A DNA stretch of 64,000 nucleotides from Sulfurimonas sp. (lineage in GTDB: Bacteria; Campylobacterota; Campylobacteria; Campylobacterales; Sulfurimonadaceae): NCBI GenBank assembly GCA_026988315.1, contig JALSLJ010000008.1, positions 2,419 through 66,418 of the forward strand. The letters are read 5' to 3'. The notes below the pieces were generated by a model. It was not told the origin of the DNA, searched no databases, and saw nothing but the letters and a program-made list of their open reading frames with translations. Shown one piece after another: positions 20,106-31,179 of the stretch. The position numbers were made by a program, and so were the translations under genes. Each line of letters opens with the position of its first letter. Positions within the stretch are counted from its first letter, which is position 1.

Positions 20106-21386
20106 TTACTTTAATTCTATATTTGTAATTTTTTGCAATAGTTCAAAAAAGTTTGGAAATGATGTATTGATACAGTCTAAATCAGTTACTTCCATGCCAC
20201 ATCTAAGTCCAGCGATTATAAAACTCATAGCAATTCTATGATCACCATCACTATCAACTGTAGCACTTTTCAATTCGCCACCAACAACCTTATAACCATC
20301 TTTATACTCATGAACTTCAATACCACAAGCTCTTAAACCTTCTACAACAGTAGAAATTCTATCAGACTCTTTCACACGAAGTTCCTCTGCATTTTTGATG
20401 ACACTTTCACCCTCTGCACAAGCAAATGCGATTGAGAGTACAGGAAGTTCATCTATAAGCCATGAGATATTATCTTCTACAGTAATAGCATGAAGCGGAG
20501 CATACTTGACATATATATCCCCTATTGGTTCATATTTATTATCAGTCAATTCGTATCTAATATCTGCACCCATTCTTTCTAAGGCTTTAAAAGCTTCTAT
20601 TCGAGTAGGGTTAAGAGTAATTCCTTGTAAAACAATATCTGAATCGGGAGTTACAGCCGCTGCAACCGCAAAGAAAAATGCACTTGATGGATCAGCAGGA
20701 ACTCTAATGGTTAAAGGGGAAAGAAGTTCTTTCATAGGAGCGATAGTAGTTTTCAATCCATCTACTTGTATATCTGCACCCATCCCTTTTAGCATTCTCT
20801 CCGTATGATCACGAGAAAGTTCCGGTTCAGTGTAAGTACAAGTTCCATCAGCATGAAGAGCTGCTAGTATCATACATGATTTCACTTGTGCAGATGCTAT
20901 CTTACTCTCATAATCAAAAGCTTTCAGTGAAGCTCCTCTGATACTTAGTGGCGCTAAATTTGAATCTTCTCTTCCATCAATTATTGCACCAATTTCACGA
21001 AGTGGATTAGTCACACGCTTCATGGGACGCTTACGCAAGTATTTGTCACCAGTTACAACGAAGTGGCCATTCGCTGAACTCAATAAACCACAAAAAAGTC
21101 TCATCCCTGTTCCAGAATTTCCACAATCAAGAATTTCAAATGGTTCTTTTATCCCATCAGAACTAATTGTAATCACTTCACCATCATCTACAACAGTCGC
21201 ACCAAGATTTTTTACTATCTTTAAAGAGTTTAAAGTATCTTCTGCTCTTAAAAAGTTTGTAATTTCTGTAGTACCTGATGCTAGCATAGCAAACATAGCA
21301 CTTCTATGTGAAATTGACTTATCAGGAGCTATCTTCTCAATACTCAGTGAAAATTTTTGCGCGGGACTTACTATAACTTTACTCAT
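20106..21386 (-). CDS. aroA: 3-phosphoshikimate 1-carboxyvinyltransferase
   Basis: DKSISHR, GNSGTGMRL, SAQVKS, RVKESDRI, DHRIAM. Confidence 0.98.
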   Translation of the reverse strand: MSKVIVSPAQKFSLSIEKIAPDKSISHRSAMFAMLASGTTEITNFLRAEDTLNSLKIVKNLGATVVDDGEVITISSDGIKEPFEILDCGNSGTGMRLFCGLLSSANGHFVVTGDKYLRKRPMKRVTNPLREIGAIIDGREDSNLAPLSIRGASLKAFDYESKIASAQVKSCMILAALHADGTCTYTEPELSRDHTERMLKGMGADIQVDGLKTTIAPMKELLSPLTIRVPADPSSAFFFAVAAAVTPDSDIVLQGITLNPTRIEAFKALERMGADIRYELTDNKYEPIGDIYVKYAPLHAITVEDNISWLIDELPVLSIAFACAEGESVIKNAEELRVKESDRISTVVEGLRACGIEVHEYKDGYKVVGGELKSATVDSDGDHRIAMSFIIAGLRCGMEVTDLDCINTSFPNFFELLQKITNIELK

Positions 21387-23716
21387 CTAAGTCCAATACC
21401 TAATTCACTTTGAAGGGCTTTTACAATAGCATCCATGGATGAAGTAATATCATCTTCTTCAAGAGTTTTATCATCGGATTGAAGTATAAAACGGATTGAT
21501 AAACTCATATTCTCACCCAAAGATTCATCAAAATATTTATCAACGGGATAAAAATCAATCAACTCTGCACTAGCATTTGAGTTAATAACACTCTTCACTT
21601 TCTCATAGCTCATCTCTTTAGGCATTATAATACTCAAATCTCTCGTTGATGCTTGATATTTAGATATTTTTTTAGCCGTTTTGAGTCCATAAGGAAGTTT
21701 ATCAAAGGAGAGTTCACATACAAATGTAGTATCTAAATCATAACTCTTTTCAACACCTGGATGCACTCGAAAGATTTCACCTACAATCTCACCATTGATG
21801 AGAATCTCTGCACTCTGATAAATATGAGATAAACTATGCTTAGTCTTCGCCTCTCTTAACTCAAACGCTCCAATAACATCGGAGAGTTTCTGTGCAAATA
21901 TACCAAAATCAACTGTAGCTGGTTTACCTGCATTTGAAAGGTTTTCATTCTCTTTATTTCCAGAAAAAAGCATCGCCATTCTCAAAGACTCTTCTCTTGA
22001 TGCATTAAATACAGAACCAATTTCAAAAAGTTTAATACAAGCGTATCCATTTTTAGCATTTAATGATGCTGCTTTTAGAAGGCCCGTTAAGAGTGTTGAG
22101 CGTAATGTATCAAGTGTATTTACAATTGGATTTAAAAGTTCTAACTCTTCTTTAGTAGTTTCAAATCCATATTTTTGAAGAATTTTTTTCTCATCAAAAA
22201 CAAAATGTACACTTTCAAAAAATCCTGTGTTTGCGGCACGATGTCTAAAGGTACGCTTCTTTTTATATGCATAATAATCATCCCCTAGCCTATTGTCTTC
22301 CGTAAAAGTGAAGGGTTTTGATGGAATATTATCAATCCCAACCATACGCACTATCTCTTCAATAATATCTTGCTTGTTGACAATATCATGACGAAAACGC
22401 GGAACAGATATAACAAAACTATCAGATTGTGATTTATTTGTGTTGAAACCAAGGTTTTTCAATATTTTAGTGATTTTAACCTTGTCAATATCAGCACCTA
22501 TAATATCATCAATCTCCCCTTTACTAATGCTTACAATATTGTTTACATAGGAATCACAATACTCTATACTTCCACCAAAAACTGATGATGTAGAGTTGTT
22601 TTCAATAATATCTAAACAAAAATTAAGACCCTGATTTAATTCAGGCTCACTTCCTCTGGATGTTTTATAATACATTGGACCAGAAGGGATTTTATTTACA
22701 GACATTTTTTTTGAAATAACATCTGGTGCTATATAACTAGCTTCAATTAAAACGGTACCCTCAGTATAGGTTACTTTTGAAATGTCATCTTGAATAATTC
22801 CTATTGTAGAGGCTTTATCTTTAAACTTAACACAAGCATAACCATTCTCATCTTCATACAGCTCTATTTTGGCTACACTCTTATTTTCTTCACAGAAAAA
22901 CTCATAATTATATGCTCTTAGAATAACACCACTGCTATGTGTAGCATATAGCATAATTGATTCTATGTCTGATTTTCTTGTATCTTCAATTTGAGCAAGT
23001 CTCAGTTTTACCATAAATGGTAAATGCAAATTCTTTAACTCTATAGCTCTATATCTTAGGTTTACATTCAAATCTTTATCGTGATGAAGACTTAGTATTC
23101 TGCCAATTCCTATTCTTCTATCTTCATTCTCATTGAAATTATTCTCTTTGAGTGGTCTATCAAATGCTGCACTTAAATCTCGTGCCACACCTCTAACACT
23201 CAAACAATCACCCCTATTTGCCGTAAGTTCTATCTCAATTAAATCATCGTTGAATGATGAGTTTTCACACACCTCACCACCTAATATATAAGAACCTACA
23301 CTCGCATCTAATTCTATTATGCCATCATCTGTATCTGCAAGTCCTATCTCACTTGCTGAACAAATCATCCCCTCACTCTCAACACCACGAAGTTTTACAG
23401 GTTTTATCACAAGTCCACTTGGCATTACAGCACCAATTGTTGCAACAACAACATCCAAACCAACACGAATATTTGAAGCGCCACAAACTATTTGACGAAT
23501 ACTTGTTCCAATATCTACTTTACATACATTTAATTTATCAGCATCTGGATGTTTTTCACACTCTATTACCCTTCCAAATATAATTTTTTTTGGAACTTCG
23601 TATCTGTGAATTTTATCAACTTCTAAACCAATAGAGTTGAATGTCTTAACGATATCTTTGGTTGATATACCTTTTAAATCTATCCACTCTTCTAGCCAAC
23701 TTCTAGTAACTATCAT
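21383..23716 (-). CDS. pheT: Phenylalanine--tRNA ligase beta subunit
   Basis: [23 protein letters not shown]5 domain, C-terminal FDX-ACB. Confidence 0.98.
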   Translation of the reverse strand: MIVTRSWLEEWIDLKGISTKDIVKTFNSIGLEVDKIHRYEVPKKIIFGRVIECEKHPDADKLNVCKVDIGTSIRQIVCGASNIRVGLDVVVATIGAVMPSGLVIKPVKLRGVESEGMICSASEIGLADTDDGIIELDASVGSYILGGEVCENSSFNDDLIEIELTANRGDCLSVRGVARDLSAAFDRPLKENNFNENEDRRIGIGRILSLHHDKDLNVNLRYRAIELKNLHLPFMVKLRLAQIEDTRKSDIESIMLYATHSSGVILRAYNYEFFCEENKSVAKIELYEDENGYACVKFKDKASTIGIIQDDISKVTYTEGTVLIEASYIAPDVISKKMSVNKIPSGPMYYKTSRGSEPELNQGLNFCLDIIENNSTSSVFGGSIEYCDSYVNNIVSISKGEIDDIIGADIDKVKITKILKNLGFNTNKSQSDSFVISVPRFRHDIVNKQDIIEEIVRMVGIDNIPSKPFTFTEDNRLGDDYYAYKKKRTFRHRAANTGFFESVHFVFDEKKILQKYGFETTKEELELLNPIVNTLDTLRSTLLTGLLKAASLNAKNGYACIKLFEIGSVFNASREESLRMAMLFSGNKENENLSNAGKPATVDFGIFAQKLSDVIGAFELREAKTKHSLSHIYQSAEILINGEIVGEIFRVHPGVEKSYDLDTTFVCELSFDKLPYGLKTAKKISKYQASTRDLSIIMPKEMSYEKVKSVINSNASAELIDFYPVDKYFDESLGENMSLSIRFILQSDDKTLEEDDITSSMDAIVKALQSELGIGLR

Positions 23717-24705
23717 TGAAACTGCTCCAACAACTTAATATCTCCCTCAAATAAAGAGCGTAAATCACCAATTTGATGAATTAACATTGCAAACCTTTCA
23801 ACTCCTAAACCAAAAGCATAGCCACTTACATTTTTATACTTAACCGCTTCAAATACATTTGGATCAACAATACCACATCCCAAAACTTCTAACCAGCCAG
23901 TTTTAGAACACACACGACATCCATCGCCTTTACAAAATACACATGAGATATCAACCTCTGCTGATGGTTCTGTAAAAGGGAAGAAAGAGGGGCGAAAACG
24001 CACCTCGATATCACCAAACATATACTTCAAAAAATCTTCCAATATATATTTTAGATTTGCAAATGAGACTTTGCCCTCTTCATCCACTAATAGCCCCTCA
24101 ACCTGATGAAACATAGGGGTATGTGTCAAATCATAATCACGACGAAAAACTGCACCAGGAGCTATCATACGGATAGGAGGCTTTGTATGCATCATAGTTC
24201 TTATCTGAACTGGTGAAGTATGAGTACGAAGTAGCATCTCATCTTTAAAGTAAAAAGTATCCTGCATATCTCTTGCTGGGTGATATTTTGGAAGATTTAG
24301 TGCTTCAAAGTTATTGAAATCATCTTCTACCATATTACCTGTTTTTACAGAAAAATTCATAGCAGAAAAATATTCCACTATCTTATCCATTGTCTCCATA
24401 ACTGGATGTAAGGCACCAGCCTGACTTTTAGAACTAAAAAGTGAAACATCTATAGATTCAGCTTTCATTGCAACTTGCAGTTCTAAAGTTTGTAAAGTTA
24501 TTTTTTTTGCTGTTAACTCATTCATAAGTGCACTTTTATGAGTATTTAAATCTTTTGCTATTTGTGCTTTTTGCTCATTTGGGGCACTTTTCATCTTAGC
24601 AAATTCTTGTGCTAAGACACCCTTTTTTCCAAATACAGATATGCGAATCTCTTCTAGTTTTTCAACATTCTGTGCTTCTTTTATTGCATCGTACCACTCT
24701 TTCAA
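23713..24705 (-). CDS. pheS: Phenylalanine--tRNA ligase alpha subunit
   Basis: [36 protein letters not shown]. Confidence 0.98.
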   Translation of the reverse strand: MKEWYDAIKEAQNVEKLEEIRISVFGKKGVLAQEFAKMKSAPNEQKAQIAKDLNTHKSALMNELTAKKITLQTLELQVAMKAESIDVSLFSSKSQAGALHPVMETMDKIVEYFSAMNFSVKTGNMVEDDFNNFEALNLPKYHPARDMQDTFYFKDEMLLRTHTSPVQIRTMMHTKPPIRMIAPGAVFRRDYDLTHTPMFHQVEGLLVDEEGKVSFANLKYILEDFLKYMFGDIEVRFRPSFFPFTEPSAEVDISCVFCKGDGCRVCSKTGWLEVLGCGIVDPNVFEAVKYKNVSGYAFGLGVERFAMLIHQIGDLRSLFEGDIKLLEQFQ

Positions 24706-24857
24706 ATAGAGGCTCCATAATTGTTAGGTGCTATATATAAAACAACACCCTCTTAAATTTTAATATGGATTATAGTCAAAATTGTTTTACATATAGCTTC
24801 ATTAATTATTTTATATGCTACAATTGTAGATATTTAGTTTAAATAAAAGGAAAAAAG

Positions 24858-25214
24858 ATGTGTTTATTTTGTAAAATAGTAAATCAGGAGATACCCTCAA
24901 ATATAATTTTAGAAGATGATGATTTTATCGCTTTTCATGATATTAATCCAAAAGCACCAGTTCATATTTTAGCAATTCCTAAAATTCATGTAGATAGCTT
25001 CAATGAAGCAAGTGCAGATTTAATGGGGAAAATGAGTAGTTTTATACAAAAAATAGCACAAGAAGTTAACATAAACGAGAGTGGCTATAGAGTCATTACT
25101 AACATTGGTGATAATGGTGGGCAAGAGATAAAACACCTGCATTTTCATGTTTTAGGTGGTGCAAAACTTAAATGGGGACACTTTAGCGATGCAGATCCGA
25201 AAGGTCATTTTTAA
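24858..25214 (+). CDS. hinT: Histidine triad nucleotide-binding protein
   Basis: CLFCKI, GQEIKHLHFHVLGG HIT motif. Confidence 0.92.
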   Translation: MCLFCKIVNQEIPSNIILEDDDFIAFHDINPKAPVHILAIPKIHVDSFNEASADLMGKMSSFIQKIAQEVNINESGYRVITNIGDNGGQEIKHLHFHVLGGAKLKWGHFSDADPKGHF

Positions 25215-25218
25215 GCGA

Positions 25219-25243
25219 TTCTAAAAGTTAAATACTTTTAGAA
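25219..25243. terminator. Hairpin between convergent genes
   Basis: TTCTAAAAGT-TAAAT-ACTTTTAGAA, 10-bp AT-rich stem. Confidence 0.55.
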
Positions 25244-25244
25244 T

Positions 25245-25709
25245 TTAAGAGGGGCAACTCTCTATCTCACCCATATCTATCGTAGTGCCGCCACCAGAAA
25301 TTATCTCTTCTTTTTCGCGAATCAATTTTCCATTGTGAGTGATAGAGTAAGTTATAGCTGTTGTATCTCTTATAGTATTTATGGTTGAACAATATGTCTC
25401 TAATGATGCCATAACCCAACGAGCAGCTGTTTCATCATCACCGTCTGAGTTAAAGCTATATGTTAAATGCAGAGTGTTAAATTTACATGGATGTTCTTCG
25501 TTTCTTACAGCCTCACCATCAACTACTAAATCAGTTACTGATTTACCTTGATTTTTTGGTATTAAAATAATATCAGTAGCACTACAAGTGATAATAGCTG
25601 ATAAAAAATACTCAATAGGTGAGATTACTGGACAATCAATTATAAAACTGCTTTTGGAAGTTTTTGCTTCAAACTTCATACCATCTTTATGTGTGATGCT
25701 TACTTTCAT
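25245..25709 (-). CDS. OsmC-family protein
   Basis: SPIEYFLSAIITCSATD and LETYCSTINT, OsmC/YhfA Cys pattern. Confidence 0.85.
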   Translation of the reverse strand: MKVSITHKDGMKFEAKTSKSSFIIDCPVISPIEYFLSAIITCSATDIILIPKNQGKSVTDLVVDGEAVRNEEHPCKFNTLHLTYSFNSDGDDETAARWVMASLETYCSTINTIRDTTAITYSITHNGKLIREKEEIISGGGTTIDMGEIESCPS

Positions 25710-25716
25710 TATCTAA

Positions 25717-27096
25717 CTATCCTTCTAAAAAAGTTTTAAATTGTTCTAACTGCTCTAGGGTTCTTGCAGTTGATGTACCACCTACAGATGTTCTTGCATT
25801 CATAGAGTTTCTTAAAACTAAAAACTCCAATACATCTTCGTTAATTCTAGAGTCTATCTCTTGAAGATATTTAAGTTCTATGTCGCTTAAATCAATCTTT
25901 AACTCTTCACTTTTTGCAACTGCATGTCCCGTAATAAAGTGAGCTTCTCTGAATGGAATACCACATTTTTCAACCAAGTAATCTGCTAAATCTGTTGCAG
26001 CCAAATGCCCAACAGAACAAGCACTCTCCATATTGTGAGCCTTTACTTCCATAGTCTTTATAGCTTCTTTTAAAATTTCTAGGGATATTAATGCTGTTTC
26101 AACGGAATCAAACACACCCTCTTTGTCCTCTTGAGTATCTTTGTTATAAGCAAGTGGCAGACCTTTCATAACAGTTAAAAGACCCATCAATGAGCCATAA
26201 ACACGACCCGTTTTTCCACGCAAAAGTTCTGGAACATCTGGATTTTTCTTTTGTGGCATAATCGAGCTACCTGTTGAGTATTCATCACTTAGCTCTACAA
26301 AAGCAAACTCATAACTTGACCACATCACTAGTTCTTCTGAAAGTCTTGAAATATGCATCATCATCGTTGAGATATTAAATAAAATTTCTAATGCAAAATC
26401 TCTGTCACTCACTGTGTCTAAACAATTTACACTTACACTATCGAAGCCAAGAAGCTCTGCAGTCATATCTCTATCTACATTGTGTGGAGTTCCCGCTAAT
26501 GCAGCACATCCCAAAGGAGATACATTATTTCTTTTATATGAATCTTTAAATCTTACAATGTCACGCTTAAACATAGAGAGGTAAGCACCTAAATGAAAAC
26601 CAAAATTTGTTGGTTGCGCGTGTTGCAAGTGAGTCATTCCAGGGATAAGAGTCTCAGTATGCTTCTGGGCAACTACTAAAATCTCTTTCATTAAAAGTTT
26701 AAGAGCTTCAACGATATCCAAATTTCTCTTTAATACAAAACGGCGAAAATCAACCGCAACTTGATCATTTCTGCTTCTTGCTGTATGAAGTTTTTTACCA
26801 GCATCACCAATGATGGCAGTTAAGCGTTTCTCTATCGCCATATGAAGATCTTCATCTGAGATATTCCACTCAAACTTATTAGATTCTATCTCATTTTTTA
26901 CCTGATTTAAGCCATCTGTAATGAGACGAAATTCCTCAGTAGTTAAGATTTCCTGTTTTGTGAGCATCGCTGCGTGAGCAAGCGAGCCTTCAATATCTTC
27001 AATGTATAATTTTTTGTCATACATGATTGAAGCATTAAATTGGTCTAATAAGCTTGAAGCGCTCGCATTAAAACGCCCTGACCACATTTTATCCAT
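25717..27096 (-). CDS. argH: Argininosuccinate lyase
   Basis: [37 protein letters not shown]. Confidence 0.98.
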   Translation of the reverse strand: MDKMWSGRFNASASSLLDQFNASIMYDKKLYIEDIEGSLAHAAMLTKQEILTTEEFRLITDGLNQVKNEIESNKFEWNISDEDLHMAIEKRLTAIIGDAGKKLHTARSRNDQVAVDFRRFVLKRNLDIVEALKLLMKEILVVAQKHTETLIPGMTHLQHAQPTNFGFHLGAYLSMFKRDIVRFKDSYKRNNVSPLGCAALAGTPHNVDRDMTAELLGFDSVSVNCLDTVSDRDFALEILFNISTMMMHISRLSEELVMWSSYEFAFVELSDEYSTGSSIMPQKKNPDVPELLRGKTGRVYGSLMGLLTVMKGLPLAYNKDTQEDKEGVFDSVETALISLEILKEAIKTMEVKAHNMESACSVGHLAATDLADYLVEKCGIPFREAHFITGHAVAKSEELKIDLSDIELKYLQEIDSRINEDVLEFLVLRNSMNARTSVGGTSTARTLEQLEQFKTFLEG

Positions 27097-27167
27097 ATTT
27101 TCTCCAATATATAAAAGTTCGGTATTTTAGCTAAATTAAATGATATAACAAAGAAATAAAATTATTA

Positions 27168-28985
27168 TTACATCAATTGATACTCATTAAACAACTTATC
27201 ATCTAAGTCCCATAAACCTTTCTCTTTTAATGATTCAACAACACTCTTTGTGCAATCAACATCATCGGGCCACTCACGAGTGAAACCATCGAGTGAAGTT
27301 TTATTTGTTCCATCTATTCCCACCATCAATCCAGAGATAAATATATCTCTTTGTGCGTCCATATTGTTTGTAACACGCCAAATAATCATATATGAATTGT
27401 TCACATCATTTTTTTCCACATCAACAAAAACTACGATGCGTATATATGTACTCAGTGTAACTAAAGCTTCAAAATACTCTTTAACTGTTTTTGTTTTATT
27501 TAAAGAAATAACTGTAATTGGATTTTTAGTTCTTCTCATAAACTGATGCAAATCAACTGCATCAGGGATAAGCTCTTTTACCTCTTTAAGTAACTCTTCA
27601 TCACCTAAAAGTTGTGGAGCTTCCACTTTATTTGCTGCTGTAGCATCAATACCTAGTTTGCCACCAACTAATGTTTCAGGGGAGGAGTGATCAAGCGCAT
27701 CTAATATTCCCTCTGATATAAACATAGATTTTGGTGTAAATCTATCTAGTATATATGTTGCAAATACCTCGTAATTATCAAGTCTTGGTCCATTTTCATC
27801 TACAAAAATTGCATGTTTTACAAAACTCATCTGTCCTGCACCCCAAAAAGCGTGCATAAATTGTTTTGCATGACCTTTATAGTGTGGTTGCATTTTTGCT
27901 AAAATTAAATTATGAAAACCACCATTTTCTGGCATATGATAATCAAGCAAATCAGGTACAGTAGTTTTTAATAATGGAAAAAATATTTTCCCTGTAGCCC
28001 AACCCATATACTTATCTTCAAGAGGTGGCTTACCAACAACAGTTGCTAAAAAGACTCTGTCTTTTTTAGTTGTTATTGCACTCACTTCCATAACCGGGTA
28101 CGGCTCTTCAAGAGTATAATATCCAGTATGATCACCAAATGGACCTTCGGTTTTTAATTCACTCGGATCAATCCAACCCTCTATTACATAGTCTGCGTCT
28201 TCTGGGACACAAAGCGGTGTAGTTATTGATTGAACTAATCTTGCTGGTTGTTTTTTTATAAGCCCATACATGAGAAGTTCATTTACCCCATATGGGAGAG
28301 GTGCAGTTGCACACCAAGTATAGAGTGGATCTCCACCAATAGCGATACTTACAGGCATTTTTTTACCAGCTTTTTGATACTGATCAAAAAAGTGAGAGCT
28401 ATCTTTATGTATTTGCCAATGCATCCCTAAATGGTTTTTATCATATACTTGCAGCCTATACATCCCAACATTTACCAATTGACCATCAAAACTTTGTGTA
28501 TATACCTGACCCATCGTAATAAATGGTCCACCATCTTGTTCCCAAGTTGTCAAAACAGGAATGTCTAAAAGATTAATATCATCATTAAGGTACTCAATCT
28601 CTTGACACTTTCCCTTACCTTTTAGTCTTTTAGGAAAAATATTTTTTAATGCAAAAAGGTCACTTGCCATTGAAAGTTTTTCACCAAAGCTAGCGGGTGG
28701 TTTCATATGTAAAAGTTTTGTTATCTCATCTGCTATAGATTCTATAGTTCTGCCAAAGAGAAGTTCACATCTTTTATATGAACCAAAAACATTCATCAAA
28801 ACACTTTCATCAAACTTTTTACCACTTTTTTTGTCTATTACATTAGTAAAGAGAAGTGCTTTACCACCATCTTTTTTCTTCACCTCCGCATAAGCTAAAT
28901 GCGGTATCTCAAGATATATATCAAGTGCATCATCAATAACTCGAATCTCATTCTCTTTCGTTAAAAGTTTGATCGTTTTTTTCAT
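27168..28985 (-). CDS. UbiD-family menaquinone biosynthesis decarboxylase (MqnL-like)
   Basis: NVGMYRLQ, EGPFGDHTGYY, GKPPLED, DALDHSS, KLGIDAT. Confidence 0.92.
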   Translation of the reverse strand: MKKTIKLLTKENEIRVIDDALDIYLEIPHLAYAEVKKKDGGKALLFTNVIDKKSGKKFDESVLMNVFGSYKRCELLFGRTIESIADEITKLLHMKPPASFGEKLSMASDLFALKNIFPKRLKGKGKCQEIEYLNDDINLLDIPVLTTWEQDGGPFITMGQVYTQSFDGQLVNVGMYRLQVYDKNHLGMHWQIHKDSSHFFDQYQKAGKKMPVSIAIGGDPLYTWCATAPLPYGVNELLMYGLIKKQPARLVQSITTPLCVPEDADYVIEGWIDPSELKTEGPFGDHTGYYTLEEPYPVMEVSAITTKKDRVFLATVVGKPPLEDKYMGWATGKIFFPLLKTTVPDLLDYHMPENGGFHNLILAKMQPHYKGHAKQFMHAFWGAGQMSFVKHAIFVDENGPRLDNYEVFATYILDRFTPKSMFISEGILDALDHSSPETLVGGKLGIDATAANKVEAPQLLGDEELLKEVKELIPDAVDLHQFMRRTKNPITVISLNKTKTVKEYFEALVTLSTYIRIVVFVDVEKNDVNNSYMIIWRVTNNMDAQRDIFISGLMVGIDGTNKTSLDGFTREWPDDVDCTKSVVESLKEKGLWDLDDKLFNEYQLM

Positions 28986-28996
28986 AGTGTAATCTC

Positions 28997-29956
28997 TTAT
29001 AATCTTTGTGGCATCTCATCTTTAAATGCAATTTTTTCAGCGTCTTTAAGTAACTCTAAAGCGCCAGCTTCAATCATTTTATAAGCAAGTTGTGCACCTA
29101 AATCTTTAGACTCATCAACATTTACTATAACTTTTTCTTGCATAATATTTGTGCCGTCTGGATAACCTAACATTACTCTAAAAGTTACTTTATTTTCATT
29201 TATTACTGCATTACAAGCAACAGGAGCAGAACATCCAGCTCCTATTTTAGAGATAAAATCTCTCTCTATTTGCGTACAGATAAATGTGTCTAAATCTTTT
29301 AAACTCTCGGCTATCTCTCTAACCTTTTCATTTCCGCAAACTATCTCAATACCAAGAGCAGCTTGCCCCATTGGAGGTATCATCATATCAAGTGATAATT
29401 TTTCAGTATATGGAATATCCTTGAGCAAATCTAATCTGTGAAGACCTATCCATGCTAAAATAATTGCATCATATTGCCCTTCACCTAGCTTTCTAAGTCT
29501 TGTATTTACATTACCGCGTAAATCTTTTACTATTAAATCAGGGCGTTGTTGCAAAAGTTGCATTCTTCTTCTTAAACTTGTTGTCCCAACTACTGCACCC
29601 TGTGGCAACTCTTCAAGGTTAGCATATTTATGAGAAAGAAAAACATCACTCTGGTCTTGTCTTTGTGTAACTGCAACAAGCTCTAAACCCTCAGGTATAT
29701 ATGTTGGAACATCTTTTAAACTATGCACTGCAATATCTGCATTACCAGCCAACATCTCATCTTCAAGCTCTTTTGTGAAATGACCCTTACCACCAATAAG
29801 TGCTAGTGGTTTATCTAAAACCTTGTCGCCATTACTTACTATTTTGTTTAGTTCAACTTTTACCTCAGGATAAGTTGCTTCTACTCTAGCTTTGATGTGA
29901 TATGCCTGCCAAAGCGCTAAGTCTGATACTCTTGTTGCAATTGTTAATGTATCCAT
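28997..29956 (-). CDS. hemC: Hydroxymethylbilane synthase
   Basis: IATRVSDLALWQ, AVHSLKDVP, GTTSLRR, LRGNVNTRL. Confidence 0.98.
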   Translation of the reverse strand: MDTLTIATRVSDLALWQAYHIKARVEATYPEVKVELNKIVSNGDKVLDKPLALIGGKGHFTKELEDEMLAGNADIAVHSLKDVPTYIPEGLELVAVTQRQDQSDVFLSHKYANLEELPQGAVVGTTSLRRRMQLLQQRPDLIVKDLRGNVNTRLRKLGEGQYDAIILAWIGLHRLDLLKDIPYTEKLSLDMMIPPMGQAALGIEIVCGNEKVREIAESLKDLDTFICTQIERDFISKIGAGCSAPVACNAVINENKVTFRVMLGYPDGTNIMQEKVIVNVDESKDLGAQLAYKMIEAGALELLKDAEKIAFKDEMPQRL

Positions 29957-29958
29957 CC

Positions 29959-30798
29959 CTATTGAACCTTTTTATATTTTTTCTTTGATTTATCTACTTT
30001 TCCATCAAAATACATTGTAGGAGTTCCTTGAACCATAAGCTTATCAGCCATTTTTTGATCATAATCATAATGTTTCATAACAGCAGATGATTGTAAGTCT
30101 GATGGTTTTATATCTGCTTTGATCACCTTATTGAAAGCTTTTAAAATCTTTTTAACATCGCGTTCTTTTGAGTCCACTTTTACTTTATAAAGGTTAAGCA
30201 CAACATCTTTATGACCTTTAAGCTCTGCTGCTATTGCAGCTTTGCTAAGCTCAACTGCCGCTGGATGTAGTGATGCAAGAGGAAGATGGAAATAATAAAT
30301 TGCAAATTTATCTGTTTGCTTTTTCATCTCGTTTATAGCTTTAGGGACAAAGTCTCTACAAAATGGACATAGTGGATCTGAGAAAATTACAACTTTATGT
30401 TTTGCATTAGCATTACCATAAATTAAATTCTCTTTTTTGTAATACTCATCTTTAAACTTTGGTGCTATTAAATCTTTTAAACTATTACCAGATGCAATAT
30501 CTATGAAGTCTTGCGTTAAAATATCACCATTTGAGAACCAAATCATTTTTTGATTAATTGTACGATTTTTAGGCTTTGCTTTAACGGTAGCGTTCATATT
30601 AACTATGTAAGCATCCCAACCTTTTAACTTCTCTACAGCGATTTTATCTTTTATCTTAACTTTTAAAGAGACTATATTTGGATTTGCTTTAAATTTTTCT
30701 TCTAAAAATTTCTCAATTGTTCTATCAGAAGAACTTGCCGGGAGTAAACTACTTAATAGTAGAGTTGTCGTTAATAATTTCAACATCAATGACATCAT
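29959..30798 (-). CDS. Periplasmic thiol:disulfide oxidoreductase (DsbA/DsbK-like)
   Basis: Signal peptide, SDPLCPFC active site, QGTPT cis-Pro loop. Confidence 0.88.
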   Translation of the reverse strand: MMSLMLKLLTTTLLLSSLLPASSSDRTIEKFLEEKFKANPNIVSLKVKIKDKIAVEKLKGWDAYIVNMNATVKAKPKNRTINQKMIWFSNGDILTQDFIDIASGNSLKDLIAPKFKDEYYKKENLIYGNANAKHKVVIFSDPLCPFCRDFVPKAINEMKKQTDKFAIYYFHLPLASLHPAAVELSKAAIAAELKGHKDVVLNLYKVKVDSKERDVKKILKAFNKVIKADIKPSDLQSSAVMKHYDYDQKMADKLMVQGTPTMYFDGKVDKSKKKYKKVQ

Positions 30799-31177
30799 TA
30801 TCCTTTTGTATATTATTTTGTTTTTGATTTGTTTTACAACTACCTGATTTTACATTATAACGGTTAACAAGCATACTTGTTAAGACGCTAAACTGCAATA
30901 AAAGTCCAATTATGTCTGTTAAAAAACCAGGAACAATTAATAATACAGCCCCAAGAAGAGTAAAAAGATTTAAATTTTGAAATTGTTGCAGGTCTATGCA
31001 GTTATATGAGACAGCATTTAAATTCTCTCTTATCGTATTTCTAAAGTTTATTAATATCGATACACCTATAAAAGCACTCATTATTATTTCTAAAAAAGTC
31101 AATAAACCACCAAGATATGATGAAAGGTTTACAGATATTATAACCTCTAAAAATAGGTAAATTAAGAAATATATCAT
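30749..31177 (-). CDS. fxsA: FxsA-family membrane protein
   Basis: LLIVPGFLTDIIG motif. Confidence 0.85.
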   Translation of the reverse strand: MIYFLIYLFLEVIISVNLSSYLGGLLTFLEIIMSAFIGVSILINFRNTIRENLNAVSYNCIDLQQFQNLNLFTLLGAVLLIVPGFLTDIIGLLLQFSVLTSMLVNRYNVKSGSCKTNQKQNNIQKDNDVIDVEIINDNSTIK

Positions 31178-31179
31178 TA